From: Catajapyx aquilonaris
Lineage: Eukaryota
DNA: 64,000 nt
Direction of reading: 5' to 3'
Assembly: GCA_000934665.2 (NCBI GenBank)
Contig: JYFJ02001009.1
Location: forward strand, 1-64,000
How positions within the stretch are numbered: position 1 is the stretch's first letter; each line of letters starts with the position of its first letter. A program made the position numbers and the translations under genes. This document shows positions 10,982 to 24,470 of this stretch, one piece after another. The notes under the pieces are model-generated. The model was not told where the DNA came from and did no database searches. It was given only the letters and a program-made list of their open reading frames with translations.

Positions 10982-13679
10982 GACAGCATAGGATATGTTA
11001 GGTTATATTATTAGTTTACAAGTGTATGACCTAAAAATCGTGACTCTTTTGTATGATCCATTTTTTTGTCATGTGCTTCAAGTACAATCGGGCTAAACGA
11101 CATCAGTTAGTACTGACGAGACCCTGACGGGTGCCGAATAACTGGAGCATCTGAGTGCCCGAAGCGAATCCTTGGCCACGTCCTGCCTCTTACCTAATCT
11201 ACGCAGGTATAAATGTCTAATGATCTGTCACTATCCGGCCGTGCTTAATTTATGAACCCTGCGCCGCATGCCATCTACTCCCAATACAGAACCTTCGAGG
11301 GGTTTACCTCCAAAAAAAAAGAGGGGCTGGAGGATGATCTGCAACTAAAAGTTGATTGCGCAATTACATCCTAAAATTACTGAAAGGCAAATCAGGACAA
11401 GGATTTAAAGCTCTGTGCTTGTCATGGGCGGATCCGTCACATGAGAAACCAGAAGTGACCGATACAAAGCAGCCCTTGAAGATGCCACAAGGAAAAAAGT
11501 CTGGCCCATCCCATGCATTTGGCTAATTTTGGCCACATTTGGCAAAATGACCGCGCCTTTGCATCAAAATTGGTGTCGACAACAATGAAGAAATTTCATT
11601 TAAAAAAAAAGTCAAATATATTTTTTTTTGATACCCTTGAGGATGAGACTGGTTTTCGCGAAAGTGGCCAGCCTCGATATTGCTAAAAGATATTTACTGC
11701 ATGGAATAAAAATCAAACACTCTTTTCGTTTCTCGTTCAAGCAATAAAAACTCCACACGTATATGTAGCCTTGCTCATCAGTTTAGTTACGAAGTACCAT
11801 AAAATATTTTGCGCAAGTATACACCGGTTGCCAAACATGGAGAAATTCAGGCCTTTTCTTGGCCATCGGAATATTTTGTAATAATCACTTGAAGAATTAG
11901 TGCAGTTACTTGCTGGAGCCTGTAATTATATCGTTGGACAAAATTATTACTCTAAAGCAAATAGTAGTTGGGTGTGTTTTTCGCTGCAGCACGTGAGGGT
12001 GTAAATCACGTATGCAGTTTGGATCAGGTTCAGCTGCTTCAAGAGCAAGTTGCGTCAAAAAAATGCGACCAAGTAAAATTAATAAATTCATTTCTGATGG
12101 CTTATGAAGAATTTTTTATATATAAAAAAGCAGGCGTGACCTGTTCATGCCGGTACATCATCGGAGTATGTGCAATCTTGACATTAATTTGAATAACTGT
12201 GCTCATGTGTGAGCTGTCAGACCATCATCGTACTTTTCATGTCAGAATATGCAAACATAATGATCTTATGACATAATTTGGGCGCACTGATATGTAATGA
12301 GTTCATGACGTTGGTTTTATTTATTATCTACAATCTGTTGTTTCAAGTGTGTGCCAGCTTAATCAGGAGTACCTGTTGCATGGTATGTCCCAGTCCCAGG
12401 GATTACTTACATTACCAACAATCATCATTTTTTTAAACAATTCGGGAGCACCTAATCTCTCTTTATTATTATTATTTAATCAGGGCACGAAATGGTAGCC
12501 TAACTGACAATTCACGCCTTATTTTTATAATTGGGTCCTACTGTCACTCATAAAAATCCGGTAAATCCACATTTTACGACACATGTCACATCAGGAGATT
12601 CACTTACCACCCCTTTAAAAAAAAAGTACCCAAAAAAAGTGAAAGCAAAAATTAATGAAGAGCAGATACTACGCTTAAGGGGTACCGATTAATCGGATCA
12701 TGAGATGCAGATTCCAACACGTGTGCTACTATGCAGGTCAGCATGCGTGCTTTGTTCTACAACATAAGACGCGCCTAAATCTCAAAAAGAAGCTGCGAAG
12801 TCGCTCGATCGTGATGGTCGAATTAAAAAGGAGCTGCCTGAGGATTATATCCATCACGCTCTGGCTCTCTCGCTTCGTGAGCCAAATGTGACATAACTCA
12901 TCTGCAAAGATGGTGGAGGATTCTTCAATGTCTCGAGGAATGGACAATGGACAACACTCTTGTTAGTGACCATCGTTTGTTGGATCGAGAATACATGGCT
13001 TGATTGGGAGGGTGTGTCGTCACCATATAGGATTAATTGAGGCGATTTTAGGGAGGTCAAATGTCACTGACTGACCACTGACGCATTGGAAGAAAAAATG
13101 ATTTATCACTTCCAGAAATAATTATCGACTTTCACTTGAAACAATATTGGCGCCTATAGAAAAATTTCAGCTACAAAAGTTCCAACTAATATTGCTTAAC
13201 GTTTTACTTCTTAAGGAAATATATGATTGGCAGATCTATGCCGTGCCGTATATGTGCATCACAATGCCCTACACTCGTTAGAATGAACTATTCATAAATG
13301 CTTATGTTTTGTGAAAATAAAACAGGTAGATGGCGCAGGCTCCTTTCTTTCCGAAATACAGCGCCACATGTACATACTAGCAGATCACCCGTTCTTCGCA
13401 CGGGAATTTGTCAGACCACAACTTATATACTGTTGTGCATCCAATGCAGGTGGAAATTGTTCCATAACTTGTCCTAAAATTGGTTTTTTTGGTATTTTTC
13501 GAACATAACGCGCCATTTCAGTAACGCCATCTATGATGCATATCCGGAAGCGCTACCAGCTCTGCAAGCTACCGCCATAAGTGGCGTATACCGGAACTAC
13601 CCAGAACAACATCCCACTCTCCCCCCACATACACCAAAATCCTAGATTTTTGCTATATAAACTCAAAAAAGTGCAGTTT

Positions 13680-14260
13680 TCGGACTTTTTCCTCAATCAC
13701 AAGCAGGTTAGGCATCGGTGTGCAAAGTTTCAGTGCTCTCAGAGGTGTCAGAGTTACGGCGACCCGACCATAAAGGCCCCGCGCCAATGTATCTCATCAT
13801 CCACAATTATTCAAAAGCTAATCAAGAACAAGAATTTACATTTACTGTCCTCACAAAAGGAACTCCAATCAAACGATTAATAGAATTTACGTTAGAGAAA
13901 TTACATTTATATTTTAAAATGAAGCTGAGCCAAATAAGATCTGAAAAGCTGATAGTTCAAACAGTTGAATTTTAATGTACATTTAATGCAAGTTTTTTCG
14001 GTAAATTTATGCAAATTTTAAGATTTCTAAAAGCAAAAACAAGTATGGAAGGAAAGAAAAAAAAAGTGCTCTCAGAGGTATGGAAGTGTGTTAGGTAGCC
14101 CGGATAATTAACATAAACTTAAAAACTATTTCTCGTTTATTATGTAATTATGAGATTTTATGCAAACGAGAAAAAATTAGACTCAATTTTCGGACCTTTC
14201 CTTCAATCAGTGGCAAAGTAAGCTCTCAGTAGTCCGGAAGTGGGTTAGGTAGCCCGGATA
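13680..14260. repeat. Dispersed degenerate direct repeats, probable transposon remnant
   Basis: GCTCTCAG..GGAAGTG.GTTAGGTAGCCCGGATA occurs at ~14068-14105 and ~14223-14260. TTTTCGGAC.TTT.C.TCAATCA occurs at ~13677 and ~14187. Confidence 0.5.
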
Positions 14261-15396
14261 TACAAAATTTCTGCTATATTATGTAATAATCTACTGCTGA
14301 TTATGTCTCCAGTGTTAATCGTATTAAATCCGGTCCATTTTTACTCCAAGTGCCTTCAAGGAGGTGTCAAGATTGTAAAACCCAGGTGCACCTTGGAGTA
14401 CATTCACTTCTGCTCTTGGATAAATCACGATATGGTGTGGGGCCGACACCTAATGAGAATCGGCACCGTCAAATTCACCATCGCAGCAAGGATCCACCTT
14501 TTGATCATCCTCCGCCCTCACACTGAGAATTTTAAAAGAGATTCCCTCTTGGAGTCCATTGGTCCAATGAAACCAAAGACACGATGCCGCCCTATCAATG
14601 TAATACCTCTCACTTCATTTTACCCTGCATTACATCCGCCATACAACCTTCAAGTAGATCCGGATTGTCGTACTTATTGCACAACGTTTTTTTTTTATAG
14701 AAAATAAACGAGCGTGCGCATTACAATTCGCGCAGATTGCACGGTTGGAATTATCAGTAATATCTCTGTGGGTGGGCGCTGCACTTATTTCTAACGCTAC
14801 TGTTGGAGGAGGTTGTTAGAACAATGTGCGCGAGTATGAGTGCGCACTTGGTTGTGCTAGTAAAAAAACCTGTATACAACACCTTTTTTTATGATATCGT
14901 CACGTTCAGCCGCGCATATATCACACGCACTATTATGTGGGCCATCCTCTCACTCCATATCGGTTATCAAGGTTGTGCATATATGCATAGGACACATCGT
15001 GTGTGAAAAGTGCATTACATGTGCACGCTCCTTTTCAAAAAAAAATGAAAATGGTTGTAATAACAACTTAATCATGTCGGGAGTAACGCCCCCGATTTGC
15101 AGCATGGGTAATTCATACAATGACTCGTAGGATTGTGTGGTATGCAAAGAATTAAAAATATGCTGGAGGGGGAAAAAAAAATTGGGGAGGCGACGAATGG
15201 GACAGTCTCCATCACGCTTAATGACCACTAATAACAGTCTTTTGTCCGGCTATTCCAAAAGGCACGTTTGGACGGCACTTTTACTGGCTAGAGTCATTTT
15301 ACTGTGGACCGCAGGTTTTCAATTATTGTTAACAGGCATTTACTTGCAGGGTTTATGTCCTCTCGGTGAAGGTAATGAGAGGCCTTCAGGACTATT

Positions 15397-15587
15397 ACGA
15401 CCAAGCTGCTTAAAGCAGCTACTTTTAACTGCTATAAAAATTAGCTATTTTTCAGCTCATTTTTAATTTTGAAATTTTCGAATTTTTAATTTTTTCAAAC
15501 TAATTTTTAATTTTGAAATTTCAAAAATTTCAAAAAAAGCTAATTTTTATAGCAGTTATAAGTAGCTGCTTTAAGCAGCTTAGTCGT
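15397..15587. mobile_element. MITE-like element with ~50-bp terminal inverted repeats
   Basis: ACGACCAAGCTGCTTAAAGCAGCTACTTTTAACTGCTATAAAAATTAGCT (15397-15446) matches the reverse complement of 15538-15587 with 2 mismatches; AT-rich spacer. Confidence 0.7.
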
Positions 15588-15692
15588 TTAAATTTTAGAG
15601 CTCTGCCCGCCGCGGCGGTTAAAATCTGTTGGCAACACTGACTCGTCTGGTATTGGCAACACTGTGTTACGTCATAGCTCTCAAAATCCAAG

Positions 15693-17097
15693 ATGGCGCT
15701 GTCCTTGTCGCATTTGTGGCCGAAATTTGGGCGGATTTTGGGTCCTGGGCTGCCCAGGGTTGGTCCAGAGGTAGGGAGATGCTGGGGGCAGATGAGGCAC
15801 TCGTCGCAGTTTACGTACACACCGGACACTGTGGGGATACCGGAAGGTAAGGTTGCTTTTTTTCGGTTTGGAGGTCGTTTTGCCACGTGTACACAGCATG
15901 CTGGGTTGGAATTTAATATTAAATTTGATATTAAATTTCAGGGGAGACGGCCAAGCTCAACTTTTTTCAGGCTGTCACAAGTGCGCTGGATATTGCAATG
16001 GCAACAGATCCCACTGCCGGTAAGTGCTAATTAGTACCGGTCGATACCATGCGTTAATTTCCACCGACCGACAGTGACGTTCGGTGAGGATGTGGCGTTT
16101 GGTGGGGTATTCCGCTGCACTGTGGGTCTCCAGGAGAAGTACGGAAAGGACAGGGTGTTCAACACTCCGCTGTGTGAGCAGGGCATAGCCGGATTCGCCA
16201 TTGGCCTAGCCTCGGCTGGTGCGACTGCCATAGCTGAAATCCAGTTTGCGGACTACATCTTCCCAGCGTTTGACCAGTTAGTGAATGAGGCGGCCAAGTA
16301 CAGATACCGAAGCGGTAACCTGTTCGACTGTGGGAAGCTCACTGTGCGGACGCCGTGTGGGGCAGTCGGACACGGTGCATTGTACCACAGCCAAAGTCCA
16401 GAAGCTTACTTTGCTCACACTCCGGGCCTTAAGGTGGTGATTCCTAGAGGACCTGTTAAAGCCAAGGGTTTGCTACTGGCCTGCATACGGGACCAGAACC
16501 CATGTATATTCTTGGAGCCAAAGATACTGTACAGGTCGGCAGTGGAACAGGTACCCATCAAGGACTACGTGATGCCGTTGTCTAAGGCTGACGTACTCAG
16601 AGAGGGTGAGCAAATTTGGGGAATTTACATGATGTTTATTGCATAATGTTTCTTATTGCATGCAGGTACCGACGTGACTCTTGTAGGTTGGGGTACGCAG
16701 GTTCACGTACTGCACGAGGTGTGCCAAATGGCTGAGGACAAACTGAGTGTGTCATGCGAGCTTATCGATCTCGTCAGCATTCTTCCTTGGGACCGGGAGA
16801 CAGTTTTTAATGTAAGCTTCATCCGTTCAAATTTTTGTAGAAATGTCCATATAATTTTCCATTTCACAGTCTGTCAAGAAGACTGGTCGTCTGGTGGTAG
16901 CTCATGAAGCCCCACTTACCAGCGGATTTGGTGCGGAAGTGTCTGCTTCAGTTCAAGAAGAATGCTTCCTGCATCTGGAAGCTCCAGTTCAGAGAGTCAC
17001 TGGTTTCGACACTCCCTTCCCACATGTTTACGAGCCGTTCTACCTTCCAGACAAATGGCGCTGCTTCGAAGCCGTCAAGAAAGTTGTCAATTATTGA
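15693..17097 (+). CDS. BCKDHB: 2-oxoisovalerate dehydrogenase E1 beta subunit (branched-chain alpha-keto acid dehydrogenase E1b), mitochondrial; 378 aa
   Basis: join(15693..15846,15942..16019,16075..16605,16666..16811,16870..17097), all introns GT-AG and in phase. Arg-rich transit-peptide-like N-terminus. Motifs [77 protein letters not shown]. Confidence 0.97.
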
Positions 17098-17679
17098 CCA
17101 TTACCTGATCTATGCATGAATTTTAATTCATAATTTTAAACTATGAGATATATTTTGAGGATTTATCCAATATTGCGAATTTTTGCAGGACCTGCGCTAT
17201 AAGGTTGTGACTTGCACTTAAAACATTATAGTATGGGTTTTCTGCAATATCAAGTATTTTCATGTTGCCTGCATATGACGGTACAAAGATTTCAAAGAAC
17301 TGCGGTTTGTATTTTACATAACGAGAACAGTACTTTTGTAGCCGCCAGAACAGTTAATTTTTAATTGCATTTTATAACGGTGCCAAAATGTTCATGTGCA
17401 CTTATATTTCCTGTGCATTTTCCATTTATCTGAAGGGGACTTGCAAAAGTCTTTTATTTTTGTATTTGTAGTGTAAGCTTCTAATAAATGAATTTGAACC
17501 CACTGCCGACTGGGGAGAAAAGAAAAAAAAAGCTTGTCCTGACAAATAGTGTTATTAATTAACCTCACTGTAATTCTCACCTAATCGAAATGGGCTGGTG
17601 ACACGGAAGGATTTCAGGCTGTCAATTATTGGAATCCGTAGTGAACATGCTGGAAACAATTCTGAATATAAGCATTATT

Positions 17680-20600
17680 TTTATTCACTATTTTTCTTCT
17701 CTCTCTCTTTTTTTTTGATCTTCCAACACTGGTTCACAAAACACTTTTTTTTTTTCAAATGTTGTACTGATGCTGTCCGTAACTGCAACTTCATCATAAA
17801 AACAGTCAACAACAACAATAACACTTCTCTGCATAGGTGACCTTTTTTTTAAACCATACAACATGCTTTTACCAAGAAGCGCTACACCTTCATTATTACC
17901 ACTACTGTATTGCTATTAAATGCCCTATCATTTTTTTAAGTACTGTCTCTGCTGCTCAGCAAAAAAAAAAAAAAAGTCATCCAAGTTAGCACTGTTTTTA
18001 AAAAGTCAGTCACTATTTTAACAACCTAAGTACCATGCAGAACATGGGATTGCCAAAAAAACAACAAAAAGTTTTGTTCGGTCCGAGTACTTGTGTAGTT
18101 GCGAGTATTCTAAGCAAATGAATTTATCGTTATTGTAAAAAAAAAACAACAATTGGGCCTGAAACAATCTTAACTACGATAAATCATTTGAACAACGTTA
18201 ATAGTTAATTCATTATTGCACAATACATAGTTAACTGCTTGTGGGTGCAATTAAACTAACAAAATATATATTTTGTTTCCCATGGCACTATGTTCTACAT
18301 AATCCCCCCCCATTCAGAGACGACAAAACGACCTTTTGCTGGGGAACGAAAATAACGTAAAAAAATAAATGCCTGATGCATTACTAAAACAAAAGAGTGC
18401 ATTAACATGATTACTTTTCTTTCTGCCTCCCGTGCATACTCTACTTACATACATTAAGTACAATGCGTTGTTCCAGCTTGTCACCCAAAAAATGTAAGCA
18501 AATCAAAAATTGTAGACATGATGCCATGGCCCAGGACATTTTTTTTTTTCCTTCCCCTAAATTTATATCTCTTCATATTTTTTTTCCAACTATATTTTTG
18601 GCACAAGTGAGATTGAACAACAGACTGAGATTGAGTTTAATTGTAAGGCACTGGCAGCTGTTATCAACCTTATATAGTATTTAAAAACTTTTGTCAATGA
18701 GATTCTCATTATCTGCACACCTCCAAAAATGGCCACTTCTAAACTTAACACCTACACCTGTAACACATTAATATATCTTTTTTTTTCTTCATTATTATGG
18801 TGTGTGCCTTACAAATCTAACTCTGAGCACGCAAAACAAAAAAACCCCAACAAAAGGGAGATAATTCGTAATAATAATAATAATAATTAATTATGAGAAA
18901 AAAATATATATCAAGGGAGCAAATAAACTTACAGGGCCTTTTGTCGACCCTGCAGCAGCACCGATATGGCTTTTTTCCGTATAGAAAATGACAGCAAGAT
19001 GATCGGGGCACTTGTGACAACAAGATGCTCTCTGCCAATAATATTGTGATTGTCGCAATTTTCTTCTCGATTGTCAACTAAGTACACATCACGTAAGATT
19101 CTTGGCATCCGTAACTAGATCTATACATTTTAAGATCCATAAATGAGATTCTGGTTAACAATAGAGTATTAAATTTCCATCAGCATACTGTCATTTTCCT
19201 TAATAATATTATATTTATAATAAATCAAAAGGTGCAGATAATTTCTCTACACATTACAAGAGAAATAAAAACTTGAGATTCCTCACATTGCAAGAAGATA
19301 TCTGCACTCCTTCCATAATAAACACAAAAATGAGACATCTACAAATTTGTGCCATGCAATCGAGGACTGTCGAAAGGAAGGAAAAAAAAATTGAGATTTT
19401 CGTTTGCTCGACAAATAAATGTGCAAAAAAATGAAATAAACGTAAAGTGAAAAAAGAAGCCCATTTTTTAAAAAAGTTTATATGGCACTCAAAAAGCCTT
19501 ACTGTGATCCCTCCCTTCAACTCCGGCCAAGAAAGAAAAAGAAAAAGTTGACAAACAGTAACCGCTGCCTTTAGCTGCCAAACATTTCCTTCCTTTTGAA
19601 ACAACCCAAAATTTACCCAGTTCATTTTTTCCCCCCCCTCTTCATTACTCACATACACCATACCAAAAACACAAGACATTAGTATTGTTATATTCTTTTT
19701 GAACATGAACCACTGTTATGCTATTCAAATCTGCCTTTTTTCATAATCTCAAGTGACATTGTACACCATATGAACTTGTAACGTTTTCTTCTTCTTTAAA
19801 CAACTCACAATAATACAAAGGGGGGAAAAAAGGCAGCAAAAAATTACTGAACATCTTAGGAACAAAGAAATCCAAGAAAAAAATTATTACAGCACAGAAA
19901 ATAGTCAAGCCAGGCACCTACCCAAGGACTGAAGAATTTTTTCGAGGCTCATATTTTCCACTGCCGCAAGTTAGTCCTAAGTTGGTGAGTGCAGATGTGT
20001 TTTTTTGGCTTTTTTTTTTGTTTGTTCTCCACCGTGCAGAGTTACGAAACACATTTTTTTGGTAGGTGAGGGGGAATCCAAGTTGTTAGCACTTCGCGAG
20101 CCTACTGCAGGCCAGGGGTTGGTTAACAGAAAAGAAAAAAGAAAAAAAAAAAAAACAGAATGTTAGTGTTTATACTTTTTCAAAAGTGAACAACCGTAAT
20201 ATTATAAAAAGCAGCCAAAAAGTGACTTCTCAAATGTCTTTTTTTGGAATTGTTTGAAAAAAAAATTAGTTGCTTTAAATTCACTTCGTGGCTGAACATG
20301 TGCATAGCACCAGCATGCAGCATCCCCACAGCTACACTTTGGCTTGTTCTTTTTATTAAAAACAAAAACAAATCCCTTTCAAATGCATTATTAAAATTAG
20401 TGTGCAGAAGCTTCATGACAACAGTGAATTGAGAAGCATTTCTTGGGGAAAAATAAGCGAAAGCTTGCTGCCCGCTTTTTTTTTTGCAAATCGTCAAGGC
20501 AAGTGAAATGAGTGAATTTCAGGCAAAAAGTGCAAACTGTGGAGTGATAGGCAAAAAAAAAATACATAACCAGTTTTAATAGTAAAAAAAAAAGCTTACA

Positions 20601-21850
20601 AACTATAAACTACACGATCCCATCGGCAGGCACAGGCCTTCCACTATTGTTTCAAAAATAGTGCAAGTCTCATGCCCACCTTCCCCACACAAAATCACCT
20701 ATTAAATTCTACTAATCAAGAAGATGTTAGTTCTAAAGAATAAAAGTTGACTCGACGGTTTACTCATTTTTTTTTAGTTTTGGAAGTGGCACATGAATTA
20801 GTTCTTAATTTCTGGTTAAAACTTGCATTCAACTTAGGTAGAAAAAGTTTCACACAAAATCTTATGCCAAACTTTACTTTTTTATTTCCTTGTCAAACTT
20901 TTTGCCAATTATATACAAAATGGTACAAATGTCATGTTGGAGCTAAAATGCTCCCGACAAAAAAATACAAAATAGCGTGCTACGAGGAATATACACAAAT
21001 ATAAATAATATATTAACTTCCTTTTTTTTTCTCTCTCTCAATCTCTCCACATCTCCTTTAGGAGAATTACAAGAGAGTCACACACACAAAAAATCTGTTC
21101 TCACATATACAAATAGTATAAAAGATAACAGAGGAAAGAAGGTTTAATTTTTCATCTCTGTCTTCCGTCACTGGGCATTTCCAAAGTGAAGATCAGAGGA
21201 CGAATCACAACCTCATTTCATCTAAGTACACGACTCACTTTCCGAAGCAAAATTCCGTAACAAAAAGGTAGTACTCGTAGAAAAACAGACTGGATTCAGC
21301 AGGCAAAACTCAAATCTGTACCACGATTTGAAAATAGCCATTGGGTTTTAATCGGATTCGCATTGTTAAAAGTCTGGAATGTACTTGTGAGCTGTCATGT
21401 CTTTAAAATTTTGTCAGTAGAACAGCAAAAAAATGAAAATTGTACGATAAAATCACCGACCGGAGAAAAAAAAAATAGCAGTAATAAACCTAAATTGTGT
21501 GACTAGCAGAGTTGAATGCTTCCGGTTCCTTCAAAATGTTCATCGAAAGTATGAATTATGCTTGTGGACCGCATCATTAATCGGCAAGTGAAACAGCCCT
21601 TGGCAGCAAAATATTTCCATGTGGAAAGGAAATACTGCAGAGCTGCCACCAAACGAAACGACAAGTTCCTATGTTTATAACACGCTTAATGGTCACTCCT
21701 GAGGATTTTAAGCCTTCTTCCCTCGCGTACAAAAAATGACAGTATCAAAAGCTACCATAGCTTAGAAACAATAAGTATCAAAAAATCATGGAAACTAACC
21801 TTTGTGTTCAATTTTTTTTCTGAATTCTGTTTTTGTGAATTTTGGATTGC
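17680..21850 (-). other. how: Probable long (~4.2 kb) 3' UTR of how(L)
   Basis: Non-coding, U-rich on the minus strand, running from the stop at 21851 to a minus-strand AATAAA at 17685-17680. The actual end point is inferred. Confidence 0.5.
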
Positions 21851-21927
21851 TCATGAGAGGGAGCCCGCCCTTTGATAGGGGTGTTCCCGCACCTGAGCCA
21901 AATGTCTGCGCTGCTTAGCTGCTGCAC
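21851..21927 (-). CDS. how: how(L) terminal exon
   Basis: [32 protein letters not shown] acceptor preceded by a pyrimidine-rich tract. Confidence 0.92.
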
Positions 21928-24439
21928 CTACATAGTATAAGGCCACAAAGGTGAGAAGAAATGCAAAAAACAGCAGGAAATACACAAAAATATATAATAA
22001 TAAAAAAAACCTATTGCACATACAACCAGTGCACAGCACGTGCATGAGAGAATCACCAGGGCAATTTTTATATAATAATATATATAAAAAATCCTTTTAC
22101 CAGTACTGAGAAATTGGCCACTCACACATACACACCCATGCACACATTCACTCTTTACCATCTTGGAACACACAAAAAATGGTAACAAAACAGGCTAACA
22201 GTATAGCTTTAAAAAAAATAATAATAATAATAAGCACCACTTTTGTGGATATATGGCACCTTTCTTTCAACTTGATTCGCTTTGCCACGCAAACATTCCA
22301 ATCACCGGGATTTTTTTTTCTGCTCCAGCAGGGGCCGTCAAAAAAAGCGCAGCAATTTAAATCTACTAACTCCCTACAAATGGAGCCTGAAATAACTCTG
22401 AACATGTAACAAACTGTCACTAGATCTCTGTATACATTTACTTTTAAAAAAACATAAAAAAATTCCAATAAATATGACACATAATTATGAATAACGTACA
22501 CAAAAGTTCCTATTTTTTCAATGCATAGGCTCTGGGTGTCATTTGGCACGCCTTTTGGCTTAAAATAAAAGTCAGCCTCATATTTAAGTAGAGATTTGGC
22601 ATATGTCAACAATAGCCCGTTGCCACACAGAAAATTTGATAAGTCGGGGGGGTGGGTAGGTGGGGGGGATAAGACTCGATTTATGCTGGAGCAGGCCACT
22701 CAAAACAAAACTTTCACACTCTCTCTGATATAGAAAACCTGAACAATTCGTCACGTGATTTGGTCCCCGACTGAAGGTCCTCTAGTAGCAAATGCATTTC
22801 CCGTTCGAGGCGGAAACGACATTCTTTTTTAAAAAAACAACGCTTCTACAAAGACACTTTTTGTAACGTGAAAACTTGTGGGACAAGTACTTCCCCGCAC
22901 ACTTAACAAAAAAAAGCAAAATAAAATAGCACGAAAAAATATTCAGAAAAACAAACAAAAATCTGGATGTACATAATCTGACTTAAAAACCAGCTCTAAA
23001 AAAAAAATCACAAAAAAAAACACGCACACACGTACACATAAACTAGCTGCCACTTGTAAATCCACATCCATTCCAACACACTTTGTAAAAAAAAAGTGAT
23101 CTCTCTTTACCAGCGACTCTGTCACAGACGGTAAAAAATGTCCTAAGCTATAATATATAGTACAAAAAAAAATACACCACTGCGAGTAGTGTCCAGTACT
23201 ACAGCTTTGGCACTGCATGGGAGAGAAGAGAGATGCTGTGTGGTGGGGGGTAGGGGAGGTCAGAGGTCAGACTGGGCCTCGGAAGAAGAATAGAAGGCCC
23301 GTGGCGCAAGCAGATGGGTCGCCTCCTTCCTTCTCCCGGCTCACGCCCCACACTTAAAGGATCACTGGGAGGTAGTGACAGGGGTGTGGGTAATATACAT
23401 ATGCATAAGAAAACTCACACTGACCAGTCACAATTGGGGCTTAGGAAAGTGGAGGGGGGGCAAAATACAAGGAAAAGTTTTTTTCAAGCAACAGTGTGGG
23501 CAAATCAGGTGCAGGGCACTAGCTACTTCCTCGCCCTTTTGCTCGACTGCTCTAATGCATGAGACATCACTGCCGCGTAATTCCAGTAATAGAGTGGTGG
23601 CGAGGGAGACGTCATTTCTGGAAGGCACATTTCAACAATCAGCCTTCTCGTCAAGAGAGAATAAAAGGGCCCAAAATTCAGGTGATTTGCGAATGGTCAG
23701 CCCATGCAGAATGGGAGGTACTAGGATGACTATCGATCCGCCAATTGAAGCGACACATCTGACAGCCACCACAACTCAGGAAATGCCGCTTGAATTTGTA
23801 GCAAGGCATTGACAAATGGCCAATGTTTGAGTAGGCTTAACTCAGCTAATAAATCCATCATTGTGTTTACTCTCTGTGCTGAGTATGCAATTGGCAAGTG
23901 CTGGTACCAAGTCATGGGTCACTTACTAATCTCTCTCCAGCAACATTTTGCCATCAATTATTGTACAAAATAAAGAGATCGAAATTATTGCAGTGCAAAA
24001 GCTTGAGGAGCCATGGCAAGGCAAGGTCCAACGTGCTACAACCAAATAACATAAATACGAGAGAATGGAACGTATAGGCATAGTATAAATATGATATTAA
24101 AAAATTCTACATTCTGAAAATGAAAGCACCATGTTCAAAAATCAGTGCCCAACTATCCACACTCAAGGGGTCGGGGGTTATGGAAGGGGTTCTCATTTGC
24201 TTGGCTGCCAGGTATACCAGCCCAGCGATAGGGTTGGGGTTGGGAGGTCGAGGGAGGGCAAAGGACCATTTTCAAAAAAAAAAAATCATCAATGACTATC
24301 AACTGTGACTGGCATACAAGTCCACTTCCCAAATTTTAAAAAGTATAATAAAAAAGAGAGAGCAATTATAAAAAAGCCTCCATCATTCCTCCCCAGACTC
24401 ACTTAACTATCAACCCCAAAAAAATTAATTCTCTTTTTA

Positions 24440-24470
<31 letters not shown>

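Noticed and set aside
12700..13060. Weak resemblance to a LINE reverse-transcriptase C-terminus
   Set aside because: Too degenerate to support by eye.
14303..14707. 134-aa ORF and a coding-like minus-strand frame with stops
   Set aside because: No recognisable domain or splice structure. Possibly a decayed TE or viral fragment, but unsupported without a search.
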